Made by a program: the position numbers and the translations under genes. The notes below the pieces were generated by a model. The model saw only the letters and a list, made by a program, of their open reading frames with translations. It was not told the origin of the DNA and ran no database searches. From Chiloscyllium plagiosum (lineage: Eukaryota), in the NCBI RefSeq assembly GCF_004010195.1, contig NC_057719.1:17842165-17906164 (forward strand): a DNA stretch of 64,000 bases. Direction: 5' to 3'. Shown one piece after another: positions 24,945-38,199 of this stretch. Position 1 is the stretch's first letter, and each line of letters begins with the position of its first letter.

Positions 24945-27110
24945 TAGGAGATAGGAACAGGAGGAGACCATTTGGGTAATTGTGCCTGCTCTGCCATTTA
25001 ATAGCTGATCTAATTGTGGCCTTAACTTCAAATGCTTGTCCATGCCCTATAATCCTGGATTTCCTTTCAAATGCATGTCTAACTCAGCCTTGAATATATT
25101 CAATTAGCTGGCCTCCACCATTCTCTGAGGATCAGAAATCCAAAATGAATGACTAACTGAAAGAATAAATTCATTCTCTCTCTGTCTTAGATGGCAGATC
25201 CCTTATGTTTAAATAGTGCCTTCTCGTTAGAGATTCCACTGTGAGGAAAGTATGCCAACACTGTCTACCCTGTTAAATCCCCTCAGAATCATACTCATTT
25301 TGATAAGTTTATCTCTCATTTTTATAAATTTAAGTAAGTATAGACTCAACCTGCTAAACCTTTCCTTATAAGACAATACCTTCAACCCTGTCGTCAGCCT
25401 AGTTAAACTTCTCTGAACTGTTTCCAATGCAAGTATAGCAAGTAATCATGAAGACAAATGGAATTCTGGTCTTTATTGGGCGGGATTAGAGTTAAGTCTT
25501 GTTATAACTGTACAGGGCATTGGTGAGATTGCAAGTGTGTGCAGTTTTGGTCTCTGAATTTAACTGGAGGGAGTTTAAAAGAGGTTTACTAGGCTGGTTC
25601 CTGGGATGAAGGGGCTGCTTTATCGAGAATGGCTAAGTAGGTTAGGCCTTTAGAAATGAGACTTTAGAAGAATTAAGGGTGATCTTATTGAAATACACAT
25701 GATTCTGAAGGGGCTTGACAGGGTTGTTGTGGAGAGGATGTTTGCAATGGTGGGGGAAGCTCGAACTAGGAACATAGTTACAGAACAAAAGGACACTCAT
25801 TTAAAACGGAAAACGCAAACAATTCTTCTCTCAGAGGGTCATAAATGGAATTCTCTGTCCGAGACAATTGTAGACATTGGGGGAATCACTGGAATTATTT
25901 CAAAAAGGGGGTTGGTAGAATGTTGAATGATCAGGAAGCTGCAGGCTACAATGAGCTGATATGAAAAAGGATTTGAAGTCTGCTTCAGATCAGCCATGGC
26001 CTTGTTGAATGTTGTGGCAAGCCTGAGGGGCTAAATGACTTACTCTTGTTCCTATTTTTTATGTTGCTAAGTCTTATGCAATTAAGGAAAAGGACCAAAA
26101 CTATCCAGAATGCTCGAGGTGTGGTTACACCAGTGACACCAGTATAAGTGAAGCAATACTTCATTAATTTTAGTATATACGCCTTTACAATTGAGGCCAA
26201 TATTATATTTACCTCCCAAATCACTTGTTGTGTCAATATGGAAAGTTATTATGATCATGCAAAAGCACACCCTTTGAAGATGCTGTGATTCAATCTTGCG
26301 CCTTTGCAATAATATTCTGCTCTTTGATTTTTAAATGCCAAAGTGGACAACCTCCCATTTTCTTACATTATACTTCATCTGCCAGACATTTGCTGATTCT
26401 CTTAACCTAGCTACATCGCTTTGAGAGTGGTCATATGCTCCCATCAGCTTGCATTCACCCTGAGATTTGTAATGTTAGCAAATTTGATGACAATAGCTTG
26501 TGCCTTTGCCCACCCCATCAACACAAATCATGATTGGTTGAGGCCCCATAATTGATCCTGATCATATTTCACTTCAGTTTGCCAAGTTGAGAGTGACTAA
26601 TTTACCCTGGACCCTCTGTTTCTTGTTGGTTAGCCAATCCTCCATCTGTGTTTATCTATCAACCTCAGCACCATGAGCTTTTATCTTGTGTAGTAACTAG
26701 TTATGTGACAACTTATTGAAAGTCTTTTGAAAATCCAAATATATGACGTTGATCAGTTTCCCCTTTAATTGATCCTGAATCAAATTTTTCAAACATGATT
26801 TCCTGTTCATAAAACCATGCTGACACAAGTTCAACCTTGCCTGCCTGTTGTATGATTGTTATTGAATGTCCTACTGCTCCCTTCTCAAAAAACGAGTTCT
26901 AGCATTTTCCCAGTGGCAGAAGTTAAATTAACTGTCTTGTAGTTTTCTGATTTGCTGTCTCCCATTGATCCTTGAATAGTAGCATTACACTTGTGGTTTT
27001 CCAGTCTGCTGGGACCTTTCCTGAATCTGGCAAACTTTGGTGGTGACAACCAATATGTCCACTATCTCTGCAGTCACTTATCTTGTAGTGGGCTGCATCT
27101 GGTTGGTGTT
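24945..27110 (-). mobile_element. Old CR1 LINE fragment, interrupted by an opposite-strand CR1 piece
   Basis: ORF 25227-25427 ETVQRSLTRL..LSYKERFSRLSLY; RT relics at 26080-27100 continue the same reading order. Confidence 0.8.
25440..26075 (+). mobile_element. CR1 LINE 3' fragment nested in the older CR1
   Basis: ORF 25699-25926 MILKGLDRVVVERMF..GEARTR; CR1 3' UTR gatcagccatg. Confidence 0.8.
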
Positions 27111-28189
27111 AAAGACGGAGATTACAGAATGACATGGAGGCAATTATCTGGGAGGTTGTGTAACAATTCACAAAAAAATCCCTTTCCTCTGCCAACTCAT
27201 TTTGGGCAGGATGCATTACATCTGCAGCCTTGTAGCTTGATTAGGGCAAGTTTTAACTTTGGGCAGCTCTGTTGCTGTCTAACATGTTTCACATATCTGG
27301 AGATTGGATTTAAATATGCTTTACTACTGCTGTGGTACAACATTGGTGGTATGAAGTCAGGCAGTTCCACATAAATATGTGGCGACGGGCTCAATTAATA
27401 ATAGCCAACGGCAAACTATTTATAATTGTGGCTAAACCCGTAAGTCATTCAATGTTCCATTACATTTCTGTTTGTATGTACTGAAAGATCATTGTTACTA
27501 CAGCGTTAAAAATCTCCAAATAAAGCTTGCGTATCCCAGCATTTTCTGAGGTCAACTTGTTGATTGAGTTTTGTGAACAATTTGAGGCAAATGCCAACTC
27601 TTAATTTCATATCTGGTTCATAATGAGCAAAGCTGGAATGGTTTCCTGGACAGTGCAGTTTTTGTATCTGAAGATCATGTACAACTTGAAGTAAACATGA
27701 AATTATTAAGAGCCAATTGCCTTGTCCTTATGAGCTGGAAGAAATACATAAAAATGCAATTAAGATAGCCCAACAGGGCATGATCAGAGATTGATGACTA
27801 TTTAACTAAAAGGACCAATTTCTCTTAATCTGTGAGGTACAATCCATTGATGTCACAGCTGTGTAATTATAATTTTATATATTTTCTATAAAGTTTGCAA
27901 TATTTAAACTTAACAGGGAATGTCTCTCTGAAATCTCGAAGTTTACCACACTAGTTTTAAGTATGAGAGTAAGATGATTGTCAGGGCCTATAGTTTTTAT
28001 TTTCTGTTTCCAGAGTGCTTGGCACTTATTAATGTCATACAGAGTCAATTAAATTGATGTTTATTGGGTTGTCACCTAACTTAAATCATCCAAATGGGAG
28101 CACAGTTTATAAAAGTGCAATTTAAGGAGGGTTGATACTGAAATTTTTCATGGTCAAGCAATTAGAGGTAAAGGCAATTTCTGCTTGAT

Positions 28190-28700
28190 TTTTTCATGGG
28201 ATATGGGCATTACTGGTTGGACCAGCATTTACTGCCCATCCCTAATTGCCCAGAGGACAGTTAAGAATCAATCACATTGCAGAGTATCTGGAGTCACATG
28301 TAGTTCAGACCAGATTAGGATGACAGTTTCCTTTTTTAAAGGACATGAGTGAACCACACAGGATTTTCTTGACTATTAGCAACAGTTTCACAATCATTAT
28401 TACACCCCTAATTCCAGAATTTTATTGAATTCAAATTCCACCACCTGCCATAGCAGGATTTGCAGTTGGGTAGCGAGAATATCACAGCAGGTCAAGCTGC
28501 TTCAGGATTCCTGAAGAAGGGCTCATGCCCGAAACATCGATTCTCCTGCTCCTTGGATGCTGCCTGACCTGCTGCGCTTTTCCAGCAACACATTTTCAGC
28601 TCTGATCTTCAGCATCTGGAGTCCTCACTTTCTCTTAGCGAGAATATCACTTGGGTCTCTGGAGTAATAGTCCAGTGGTAATGCCACTGGATCATCACTT
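28190..28700 (-). mobile_element. tRNA-derived shark SINE (same family as 10950-11285) carrying a family A insertion
   Basis: ccagcatttactgcccatccctaattgccc..ctggagtcacatgtag..ttaattccaga-like..gaattcaaattccacca. Confidence 0.75.
28471..28650 (+). mobile_element. Short Penelope-like family A insertion with 15-bp TSD and hammerhead motif
   Basis: TSD tagcgagaatatcac at 28471-28485 and 28636-28650; ttc-CTGAAGA-A-GGGC-TCAT-GCCC-GAA-ACAT-C-ga at 28508-28540. Confidence 0.85.
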
Positions 28701-29159
28701 TCAAACATTTTCTGAAACCTCTCAGTCTGTCTTTGTTCCAACTGAATAATCTGGCTGAAGTCGTCAGTAGGTCAAATCTGTGGGTCAATTGTAATTCATC
28801 ACATATGGCAAAGGGATGGACCTTAAGTTCAAACTGGAGTTTTTAAGCACAAGATGAGTAGCTGTTTGCACTTGCCATTTTTGGAGAAGTCCTGAAATGC
28901 CTGCCTTGTGGCCATTCACTCATCTGCTTGTCATTCAATGTATACGTTTGGCCTCGGCCACATTTTGCTCCATGGTACCAGTCATGGATCTGAGTTGGGG
29001 TTTGTGGGACCAGCAACTCCACAGACCTGAGAACATCATTTAGGCTGGCACTGAAGCACTCTAATGTTGCAAAAAATTTGGATAATGCTTTTTTCAAAGA
29101 TTGAAGGATGATTCTCAGTGCTCCTGAGCAATATTCATCCACCAATGCAACATTACAAA

Positions 29160-29345
29160 CAAAAACAGCAGAGTTGGTCATTGCCACCTTACTGCTTGTG
29201 AGACCTTGCTATGTGTAAACTGTCTGTTATGAAATATTACTCAATTACTTCACTTCGTAAGAATTTTATTCACTGTAAAATGTGTGAATGTCTTGAGTTT
29301 TGGAAGCTGCTAAATAAATGCAATTTTTCTTGTTCTTTCTTTCAA
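29160..29345 (+). mobile_element. SacSINE1-like SINE 3' fragment
   Basis: ggtcattgccac..tgtgagaccttgctatgtgtaaactg..gctaaataaatgcaa..tctttctttc. Confidence 0.55.
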
Positions 29346-30694
29346 ATTTCCTATTGCCTTCTAAAAAGTGAAGGGAGATAATGCACTGGGTTGTGCACGA
29401 ACAGGGTGAACAGGTCAGCTGATAATGAAAAGAGTTTTATTCATTCATATAATGGGCAGGTAATCACTGCAGTTTGCATAGAACGAGAACTCACTTATGA
29501 GAACATTCTGAAACACTGTCCCCAGGTGAAAACAAACACAAGTCATATTGTATCCCTACAGAAGTCAGGGAGACAAAACAGCCCCTTTGTCGAAAGAAAA
29601 GTTGTAGGACCAACATTTAAACTGAACACTTAATCCTCACCTGGAGTCTTCCACCTTCCAAAATCAATAGGGAGAAAGCTTCTGCTCATCGTTGTGGATT
29701 GGACAGGAAATCAGATTTGAGATATAAAATAGCTTTGATCGAGGCCTCTCAGTCATGTTGTTGCTTTTACACTTTTGACTGGTGACAGTGTCCAGCAGCA
29801 CAATAGAGATTTTCACAATAGTGATATCAGGTCCCTCCTTTACACTTTGTCCACTTTTGTACAGTGCTTATCAAACAATTTGCCTGTCACTTTATTTAAG
29901 AAAACCATGATGCATGCACTATTAAAGTCAGACTTGGACTAATCTGTCACACCTACATAGCGTTAAACTAAAAATGGTGAGCGTGAGAGTCTTCATATCT
30001 TATACAAATTGATGAGTCATTATGAAAGCACAGCATGTCAATTTGCATGTACAAATTTCTTAATAACTTTTCGCTTTCAAAAAAACTTCAAACTGATCCC
30101 ACATCCGTTTTCATCACTGCTGTCCAACATTGTGCACTTTAATGAAAAATCGGATTTCTTTTTACTTCAGAAATACTGGGAAAAAACTAACAACAGCATT
30201 TCTGGATTTACCTAAGGGTTAATCCCTGCTAAGTATACAGGGTTTCATTTTATTCTTAATAAATGCAGTAGTATACACTGTGAAGAAGGTGGGCTGGACC
30301 CAGAGGACCCTCTATGAATCTCGTGCCACACTTCTCTCTCTGTCCTACTGAGAACCCCCATGCAGTTGTAATTATCTTTCTCATTCAACCTTTGAAACAA
30401 TTGAGTTTACAAACCATCCCATGGGTCCAGACACAAGGTGATTTTTTTCTTATACAAATTGGAAACAATATGCTGCTCAAAAAATAAAGAACATTTTTGT
30501 TGTGCGCTAAGATGCCAAAATCGACATTTAGGAGATTTCCATCTGATTTTGCCATACAGTATTATTCTTTTTTCCTTTAAGCTCCCTTGCCCTCTCTCTC
30601 AAACCTGTCAATTTTGTTCTCTATCCCAGCACTGGCCACATCCTTTCTCAGCCTCTCTACTTGCTCCCAAATTATTAAATCTCTATCTTTTTCC

Positions 30695-30800
30695 AGTTCT
30701 GATGTAGTCATTAGTTTGCAACATTAATTCTGTCTGTCTCTCTCTCTTTCTCTTCATTGATGCTGGCTGACTGGCAGAGTATTCCAGCATTTTCTGTTCC
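30695..30800 (+). mobile_element. Family E short repeat (degraded)
   Basis: gttctgatgtagtcat...gatgctggctgactggcagagtattccagcattttctg. Confidence 0.5.
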
Positions 30801-30816
30801 ATTACTCCCATTAGAC

Positions 30817-30957
30817 TCCCCAGAAGGGGAAAGTGAGGACTGCAGATGCTGGAGACCAGAGTTGAAAAATTTGGTGCTGGAAAAACACAGCAGGCCAGGC
30901 AGCATCCGAGGATGCTGTGTTTTTCCAGCACCACATTTTTCATCCCCAGAAGGGGAA
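30817..30957. mobile_element. Family A fold-back mini-insertion with 15-bp TSD (no hammerhead)
   Basis: TSD tccccagaaggggaa at 30817-30831 and 30943-30957; internal inverted arms ggtgctggaaaaacacagca / tgctgtgtttttccagcacc. Confidence 0.85.
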
Positions 30958-31949
30958 CCAACCTCTCCACGTCTCCCCTGTTCTGGCATTGCCTTCATGA
31001 ATTTCTATTCTATGTCTCTGTGCCAAGGAAAAAATGTTGAAATGCCTGATCAAAAACGTTCACTAGCTTCAGAAATCAATGGGCATACACTCCAAAGTCC
31101 TATTGCCTTTACTGTTCTCATTGTCTTTCTGTTTATTGTACAATAGCTTGTCTTATTTGCCTTTCCTAAATTCATTGACCTCTCACATTTCCTAGTTCCT
31201 TGCTCATCTGGCCAATTTAGTGATACCTTGCTACACAAATCAACCACTTGGCCAAGCTCTACATCTTCTGCAACATTTTCCATCATAAACCCCCGAATTT
31301 AAGTCTAAGGGTAGATATTGAGGTCTGTTGTCGTGGGTTGGGAGGTTAGTAGAGTGTCACAATTGGCCTGCTCACCCCCCACCCACCCATCCTGATCTCT
31401 TGCCCATTCTACGAGGGAATTGATTGAGGCCTATTGAGACCTCTAAGTGGTCAGCTAAAGCATTATTAAAGCCAGCTAAGTTCCATTTCCAGCCTAACCT
31501 ACCACTCTAGACAGAGCTAAGGAAGTCTACACAAAGTGGGTAGCTTTGGAGCTTTTACTGGGTAAGCCGGTGTTGAAAAGGTTTAAGGGGGCTAACCACA
31601 TCCTTTGGTCATCCTCTTTCATCCATCTGTAGCACACATGCCACAAGATCAAACCTCCCTTTAACCTAAGCTCTCAAACCTTGAATCAAACCCTCTCAAA
31701 ACTGTGACCATACCTTAAGTGTGGCATCCATTAACTCCTCCTCTTCGTAGAATGACTGTAGCACCAGCAATGACTGTCACTCAAACCTGACACTACAGGG
31801 ACAACAAAAGCTGTTCAGCAATCAGATTGGCCTTCCGCTATCTAACTTGGGACTTCCTCTCTACATTGAGGAGGGAATGATTGTCCTGTTGAACATTAAA
31901 CACCAGTGGGAGAGTCAGTATCAGAGGAGATGCATTCCCTGACAACTCT

Positions 31950-32037
31950 TAGACAATAGACAATAGAAAATATGTGCAGGAGTAGGCCATTCTGCCCTTC
32001 GAGCCTGCACCACCATTCATTATGATCATGGTTGATG
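31950..32037 (-). mobile_element. CR1 3' tail fragment
   Basis: (tagacaa)n tail and gcaggagtaggccattctgcccttcgagcctgc. Confidence 0.7.
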
Positions 32038-32149
32038 GAGGGATGTCAAACCCAGCTATCCACAAACGTCTGGCCCTGAAACATTGGTGCATAACATGGA
32101 CCACAAGGGATTCATTACAGAACCCTACAGAAACACATTGAAAACAGCA

Positions 32150-32760
32150 CTCCAGTCACAAAAAAACCCACCCTTTGTGAAATTACTGTTTGCCTCCAGC
32201 CATTGATCCAATTTCAGATCAAACCTACCACTTTGCCTTAGATCCCATCAGTTTTTATTTTTTTTAGACTGCCATTAGGGACTTACTTAAAAGCTTTGCT
32301 CTAATTCACGTATAATCCACTACAGAAACTGTGTTACTTTCATTGACCCTCCTTGTTCCACTGATTTTTTTTTTGCAGTGGGTAACATGTCGTTCCTTTA
32401 ACAAATCCATGCTGAAAGTCCTTGATTGATCAATGCCTTTCCGATTGACCATTGATGCTGTCACTCTGAATATTTTCCAACAATTTCCCAACATCAGTGA
32501 GGCTAACTCGTCTGCAATTACTTGCTATATTGCTTAGCCCCTTTTTAAATAGTGGTACAATGTTGCCAGTCCCCCTGTCCTCCTGCACCATATCTGTCAC
32601 CAGAGAGGATTGGAAAATTACAGTCAGTGCCTACTCTTCATACTTCTTTGAGCTGTCTAGGTTAGATTTAATCTGGTGACAGCCAGTGATTTATCCACTT
32701 TCAATGATGCTAAACACCTTCATCATTCCACCCTCACTATGTTTTTCCCATCAAATAGTT
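32150..32760 (-). mobile_element. Old CR1 RT fragment
   Basis: Minus-strand relics of RT motifs (QHGFVK, VVDY..FSKAF). Confidence 0.65.
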
Positions 32761-33332
32761 CACATTCCTGCACTGTCACTGGGTCAAATGCATAGTAAAT
32801 GCTAATGAAATATCGACTTTATTTCAGCTCTTCATTGTCCAGTCACTTTCATTCTTACCTCCCATTTGCTAAGGACCATCAGCCTTGGTAAACTGGTGAG
32901 ACTAGTGTCAGAGATCAACAATGAAAAGGGATGGATTATTGATGATGGGATCGCTTTATGATGGAACCAAATCAGTATTGAAAAGTGTGATGTAGCTTCT
33001 CACAAACTCCAGTTAGTCCAAATTGCGCATCCATCGGATAACTGTGGGAATCTCAGGCAACTGGGGGGGGGGCTGCTGGAGGCCTACATCAACCTTACCC
33101 CTTCCTTGTGGAGTCTCCACTTTCTACTGCTGCAAGGTGATAGTGTGGTCCTCATCTGCTCCTCTTACAGCTCTAGTCATTTGCTATGCAGTCACGACAT
33201 GGATGACCTCGACCATATCAACCATTCTGAGGAATGGGTAGACATCTCACATAACAGGTGAACAGCGTTGGAGTGTAATCTTTTTTGATTGACATATACT
33301 GCAAGTTCATCTGTGGACAATGTTTAGCCTCC

Positions 33333-33890
33333 TAGAGGAAGGATGTTGTGAAACTTGAAAGGGTTCAGAAAAGATTTACAAGGATGTTGCCAGGGTTGGA
33401 GGATTTGAGCTAGAATGAGAGGTTGAATCGGCTGGGGCTGCTTTCCCTGGACCATCGGAGGTCATCTTTATAGAAGTTTATAAAATTGGGAGGTGCAGAG
33501 AAGGGGTAAATAGACAAGGTCTTTTCCCTGGATTGGGGGAGTCCAGAACTAGAGGGCATAGGTTTAGGGTGAGAGGGGAAAGATTTAAAAGGGAGCTAAG
33601 GGGCAACTTTTCCATGCAGAGGGTGGTGTGTGTTTGGAGTGAGCTGCCAGAGTCGAGAGTGTAGTGCTGGAAAAGCACAGCAGGTCAGGCAGCATCTGAG
33701 GAGCAGGAGAATCGATGTTTCGGGCATAAACCCTTTATTAGGAATCAGCTGCCAGATGAAGTGGTGGAGGCTGGTACAATTACAACATCTAAAACGCATC
33801 TGGATGGGTAGATGGATAGGAAACGTTTGCATATCGGCCAAGTGTTGACAAATGGGACTAGAGTAATTTAGGATATTTGGTTGACATGGA
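33333..33890 (+). mobile_element. CR1 LINE 3' fragment
   Basis: aggatgttgtgaaacttgaaagggttcagaaaagatttacaaggatgttgcc; same subfamily as 22671-23294. Confidence 0.9.
33642..33756 (-). mobile_element. Family A insertion inside CR1, 10-bp TSD, hammerhead core mutated
   Basis: TSD agctgccaga at 33642-33651 and 33747-33756; minus strand ttc-CTAATAA-A-GGGT-TTAT-GCCC-GAA-ACAT-C. Confidence 0.8.
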
Positions 33891-34319
33891 AACAGACCCT
33901 TTGGTACAACTCCTCCATTTTGTATGTACGTCTCTATGACTCTGTGTGTGTGACGGCCATGACTACAAGTATCTGTGAGAAGCCAACAATTGTGACAAAT
34001 TCGCAGGACTCTTTGTTCTGATTGGCCTCATCAGGTGCAAAGTGGAGGTAAGTGAGAACCATGGCAAATATGGAATCAATCACACGGGAGATAATCTTTG
34101 GCAATAATGATTGCAAAATCCCATAGGTCCTCAGAAGGAGCTGATGGAAAAATTCAGGAATGTGATGAGGGAGACAATAGAGTAGTGGTAATATCACTTG
34201 CTACTATAATAATCCAAAAATACAGATACAGCCCTGAGGACTTGTGTTCAATTCCCACAAAATGGAATTTGAAATAATAAATCCTTGTAGATGATAGACA
34301 GGCTTTTCGGGATTCAAAA

Positions 34320-35610
34320 GGTGAGTTAGTCACCACAGGACTCCTGACCTCTGACCCGCTCTTGTAGCCAAAATACTTATATGACTAGTCCAATTCAGTT
34401 TCTAGTCAATGTTAACAATATGAATAACAGAATTCAGTGATGGTATTGCCATTGAATGTCAAGGGTTGATACTTAGATTCACTCTCGTCGGACATGTTCA
34501 TTGACTGGCACAAATTTTACCTGTCACTGGTTATTTCACACCTGGATATTATCTAATTGTTGCTGCATTTGGACATGGACTGCTTCAGTGTCCGAGTCGT
34601 CATGAATAGTGCTGAACATTTTATCGATGGTTGCACACGTATCTACTTCCAACCCAAGAAAGGAGGGAAGGTCATTGATGAAGCAGCTGAAGATGGTTGG
34701 CCTGGGAACTCTTGCAGAGATGTCCTGGAGCTGAGATGACTGACCTTCCAACAACCACAATCATTTTCCTTCCATCCCTCCAACTGGTAGAGAATTTTCT
34801 TTCTATTCCCACTGACTCTGGGAGGACACTTGCAAGGGCACCTTGGTGCCACATTTGGTCAAAAGCAGGCTTGATGTCAGAGGCTGTCACTCTCACTTTA
34901 GCTCATTTCAGTTTTCGCTCATTTATTTATGTTTGCACAGAGGATTAAATGAGGACAGGAGTGAGTTGGCCCTGGTGGGACCGAAACTGGGCATCAGTGA
35001 ACAGGTTATTGCTGAGCAGGCACTGCTTGATAGTACTGTTGATGACACCTTCCAACACTTTACTATGATTGAGAGTAGACTGATGGAGAGTAATTGACCA
35101 GGTGCTTTTGTTTACAGGACATACCTGGGCAATTTCCCATGTTGTTGGTAGATGCTAGAGTTGTAACTGTACTGGAAAAGCTTGGTGAAAGGATTACTTT
35201 ACCGATGATCAAGAGTAAGTGGATGGGACGGCAATTGGCCGGATTGGATTTGTCCTGCTCTTCATGTACCAGAATTATTTGGATAATTTTGCACATTGTC
35301 AGATAGATGCCAGTATTGTAGCTGTACTGGAACAGCTTGGTGAGAGTTGCAGCAAGTTCTGGAGCAGACATCTTCTGGACTATCGCTGAAATGTTATCAG
35401 GCCTTATCTTTGCCTTATCCTTTGTGCTAAGGTGCTGGCCTCCCCATCATTGAGAATGAGGATATTTATGGATTTTACTCTTCCGGTGAGGTGTTTTGAT
35501 GCCCTCTACCATTCATGAGTAAATGTGATAGGTCTGCAGAGCCAATTTACGACGTACAGTCATCTAGTCCTGAGCTGTAGCTTGACCAGGTTGTTATATT
35601 TTATTGTGGC
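34320..35610 (-). mobile_element. LINE RT fragment (CR1/L2-group family 2)
   Basis: APELAATLTKLFQYSYNTGIY..DKSNPANCRPIHLL; DIKPAFDQMWHQG; PTIFSCFINDLPS. Confidence 0.85.
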
Positions 35611-35799
35611 TGGCACATCCTTCTATATTTTGCATAGAAATTGGGTTCTCCACAGCTTGACAGCAGTAGTCGAGTGATGGGCTGTTCTGCAGAATGTGTA
35701 GAAATACAACATGGCTGCTGCGGATCGCCCAGAGTGCCTCATGGATGACAAGTAGGAACAGATCAATAAGAAGCAAATCTATTCAAACGTCTATACCAC

Positions 35800-35920
35800 T
35801 TATTCCTCAGTATTGTATTGCGTTTGTTAGTATGGGCTATGTACTCTAGAATGGAACTGGAACCCACAATCTTCTGACTCAGAACAGAGAATGCCACCAC
35901 TGACCCAGGGCTGGCACCAA
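35800..35920 (-). mobile_element. SacSINE1-like SINE tRNA head fragment
   Basis: ctggaacccacaatcttctgactcaga..gccaccactga is the reverse complement of a tRNA-like A/B box head. Confidence 0.5.
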
Positions 35921-36739
35921 TTATTACAATTATAATACTGTCATTGGAATATCATCGTATCTGTCAGACATACATCTTCAGTTGCCAGAGTAGCTCATTG
36001 TAATGGAGAACGAGGAAAATGAATGCTATTGACTGGAAGGTGAATGTGTTGATGATCACTAAGAGACTCAGAAATTATGGCTGACATAGCGAGAATGACT
36101 GGTTCAGATTCTTGTGTTTAGTGATGAAGTGAAAACCTGGATGATTGCGACAAGGTGAAATTTTAATTTAAAGATAAGACTTGATTGGCTTCCCCATCAA
36201 GTACACTAGAACAGGCTGGGTTTTGCTAGAGAACAAATCTCATACAATTCACTCTTCTGACAGTAGAAAGACACTTCATTGAAATAGTTGCTGGAGCACT
36301 CACATCGAAAGTCACAGCAGGACATCGCATTGTTGCTTGGACTTTTGGGCGTTGCTATAACAACCCCTTTTGTTTCAGGTGGAACATATTTTACAGATGA
36401 ACCATGTGAATATCCTGGCTTGACAGCATTGCAACATCTTATGGTACATTCATAGAATGGGAAAATATCTCGCAAATGCGCTTATCTTATAACCAGCATT
36501 ATTAAAAAAACCAACTCCACACAGAGGCTTGTTGCAACTTGCTGAGTGAAAGTTGGTTGCTGCATTTCCATGTTACAACAATAACTAATATTTTGAAAAC
36601 AATAAATTGGCTACCAACTACTGCGCGATGGCCTGAACTTTTTAATACTGCTATAGGAATGCAACCCCTTCTTTTACTTTAAATAATTTGGATTTAAAAG
36701 AATCACAACGATTGTTTTATGCACTACCATAACCACAAC

Positions 36740-37190
36740 GGATCAGTTAGCTCAGTTGATGAGAGGAGACAAAAAAATAAATCTGCAAATGCTGGAACCC
36801 AAGGCAGATAGGCAGGAGGCTGGAAGAACACAGCAAGCCATGCAGCATCAGGATGTGGAGAAGTCATCGTTTCAGGTGTCACCCTTCCAAGAAGAGTTAT
36901 ACCTGAAATGTCAACTTCTCCACCTCCTGATGCTGTCTGGCTTGCTGTGCTCTTCCAGCCTCCTGCTTGTCTACCAGTTGATGAGATGGTGAGAATAGAG
37001 CCAGCTATGTGGGTTCATTTCCCATTCCGTATGTGATAATTCACAGAGACTGTTCCTCCTCATTTTGCCACATTCTTGCAAAATGGTGCCCCTCAAGTTA
37101 TGTAATCAGATGTCTTTGTGTGACATGGAGAGAGATTACAATGGTCTTTTGTGAACTAAGACTAATTAGCTTTACCTACCTCAACCAAAT
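36740..37190 (+). mobile_element. Old tRNA-derived SINE (as at 3395-3900) carrying a fold-back insertion
   Basis: A-box ttagctcagttg, B-box-like gggttcatttccc; body colinear with the 3395 copy. Confidence 0.55.
36753..36986. mobile_element. PLE-related fold-back insertion with 12-bp TSD
   Basis: TSD cagttgatgaga at 36753-36764 and 36975-36986; ~85-bp inverted arms (gcaggaggctggaagaacacagcaagcca / tggcttgctgtgctcttccagcctcctgc). Confidence 0.85.
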
Positions 37191-37290
37191 TACTTGTGAC
37201 TACACTGTGGATTGGTCACCTATAGACAAAGCAATGTTGTGCTTGGATGTGTGTAACATTTTCTGTTCCCTCCTGCTTTGAGCCTGAACT

Positions 37291-37910
37291 GGGTTAAAAA
37301 TCCCACAACACCAGGTTATAGTCCAACAGGTTTATTTGAAATTATTAGCTTTCAGAGCACTGCTCCATCATCAGGCAGCTGTTGGACTACAACCTGGTGT
37401 TGAGGGATTTTTAACTTTCGTGAGTGTGGTGCTGGAAAAAGCACAGCAGGTCAGATAGCTTCCGAGGAGCAGGAGAATTGACATTTTGGGCAAAAGCCCT
37501 TCGTCAGGAATGAGGCTGGGAGCCTCAGGGGTGGAGAGATAAATGAGAGGGGAGTGAGGCTGGGTGGGGCAAGGTATTTGAGAGTGCGATAGGTAGATAG
37601 AGGTGGGAGTAAAGGTGATAGTTCGGATGGGAGGGTGGAGTGGATAGGTGGGAAGGAAGATGGACAGGTAGGACAGACCATGAGGGTGGTGCCGAGTTGG
37701 AAGGTTGGAACTGGGATAAGGTGGCGGGAGGGGTAATGAGGAAACTGTGTGGTTGGAGGGTCCAGAGGCTGAAGAGGAGGCATTCTTCCTCCAGGTATGG
37801 GGTGGCTAGGGAGTGGCAATAGAGGTGTCCAGGACCTGTATGGAGTTGATTTTTAACTTTGCCCCCACATCAGGATGTGGAGTGTCCGTTTTGGACTGGG
37901 GTGGACAAAG
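37291..37910 (-). mobile_element. Family B fold-back element containing a nested family A Penelope 3' fragment
   Basis: Family B hammerhead on the minus strand at ~37343-37378; nested insert 37419-37847 flanked by the 13-bp TSD gatttttaacttt (37406-37418, 37848-37860), with a second decayed hammerhead at ~37476-37510. Confidence 0.8.
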
Positions 37911-38199
37911 GGCAAAATATATTGTCTCAACATACACAGTCCCCAGGGCAGTGTGTCTGACTTCACTAGCTATCCCTGTGTTGAGATAGGAATTAGAAAC
38001 TTACCCCATTGCATAGCTTGTTGGAGTTCTATGACAACAGTTTCACTTTAACACTAATTCCCATGCAGTTCAGAGAAAATTATTGATTGGGAGCAGTGGC
38101 TACCGGGACAGTGTCACACTGGATTCCAAACCTCTTGAGTCGCTGCCCACCTTTTCTGTCATGTCTGGCAAAAATCTCCTATTTTTGAGTGGCACACAC

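Noticed and set aside
28843..29187. 114-aa minus-strand ORF
   Set aside because: No recognisable domain, non-ATG start, and it overlaps a SINE remnant.
34034..34053. Consensus splice donor GAG|gtaagt with a possible 13-nt microexon
   Set aside because: No recognisable peptide or partner exon; expected by chance in 64 kb.
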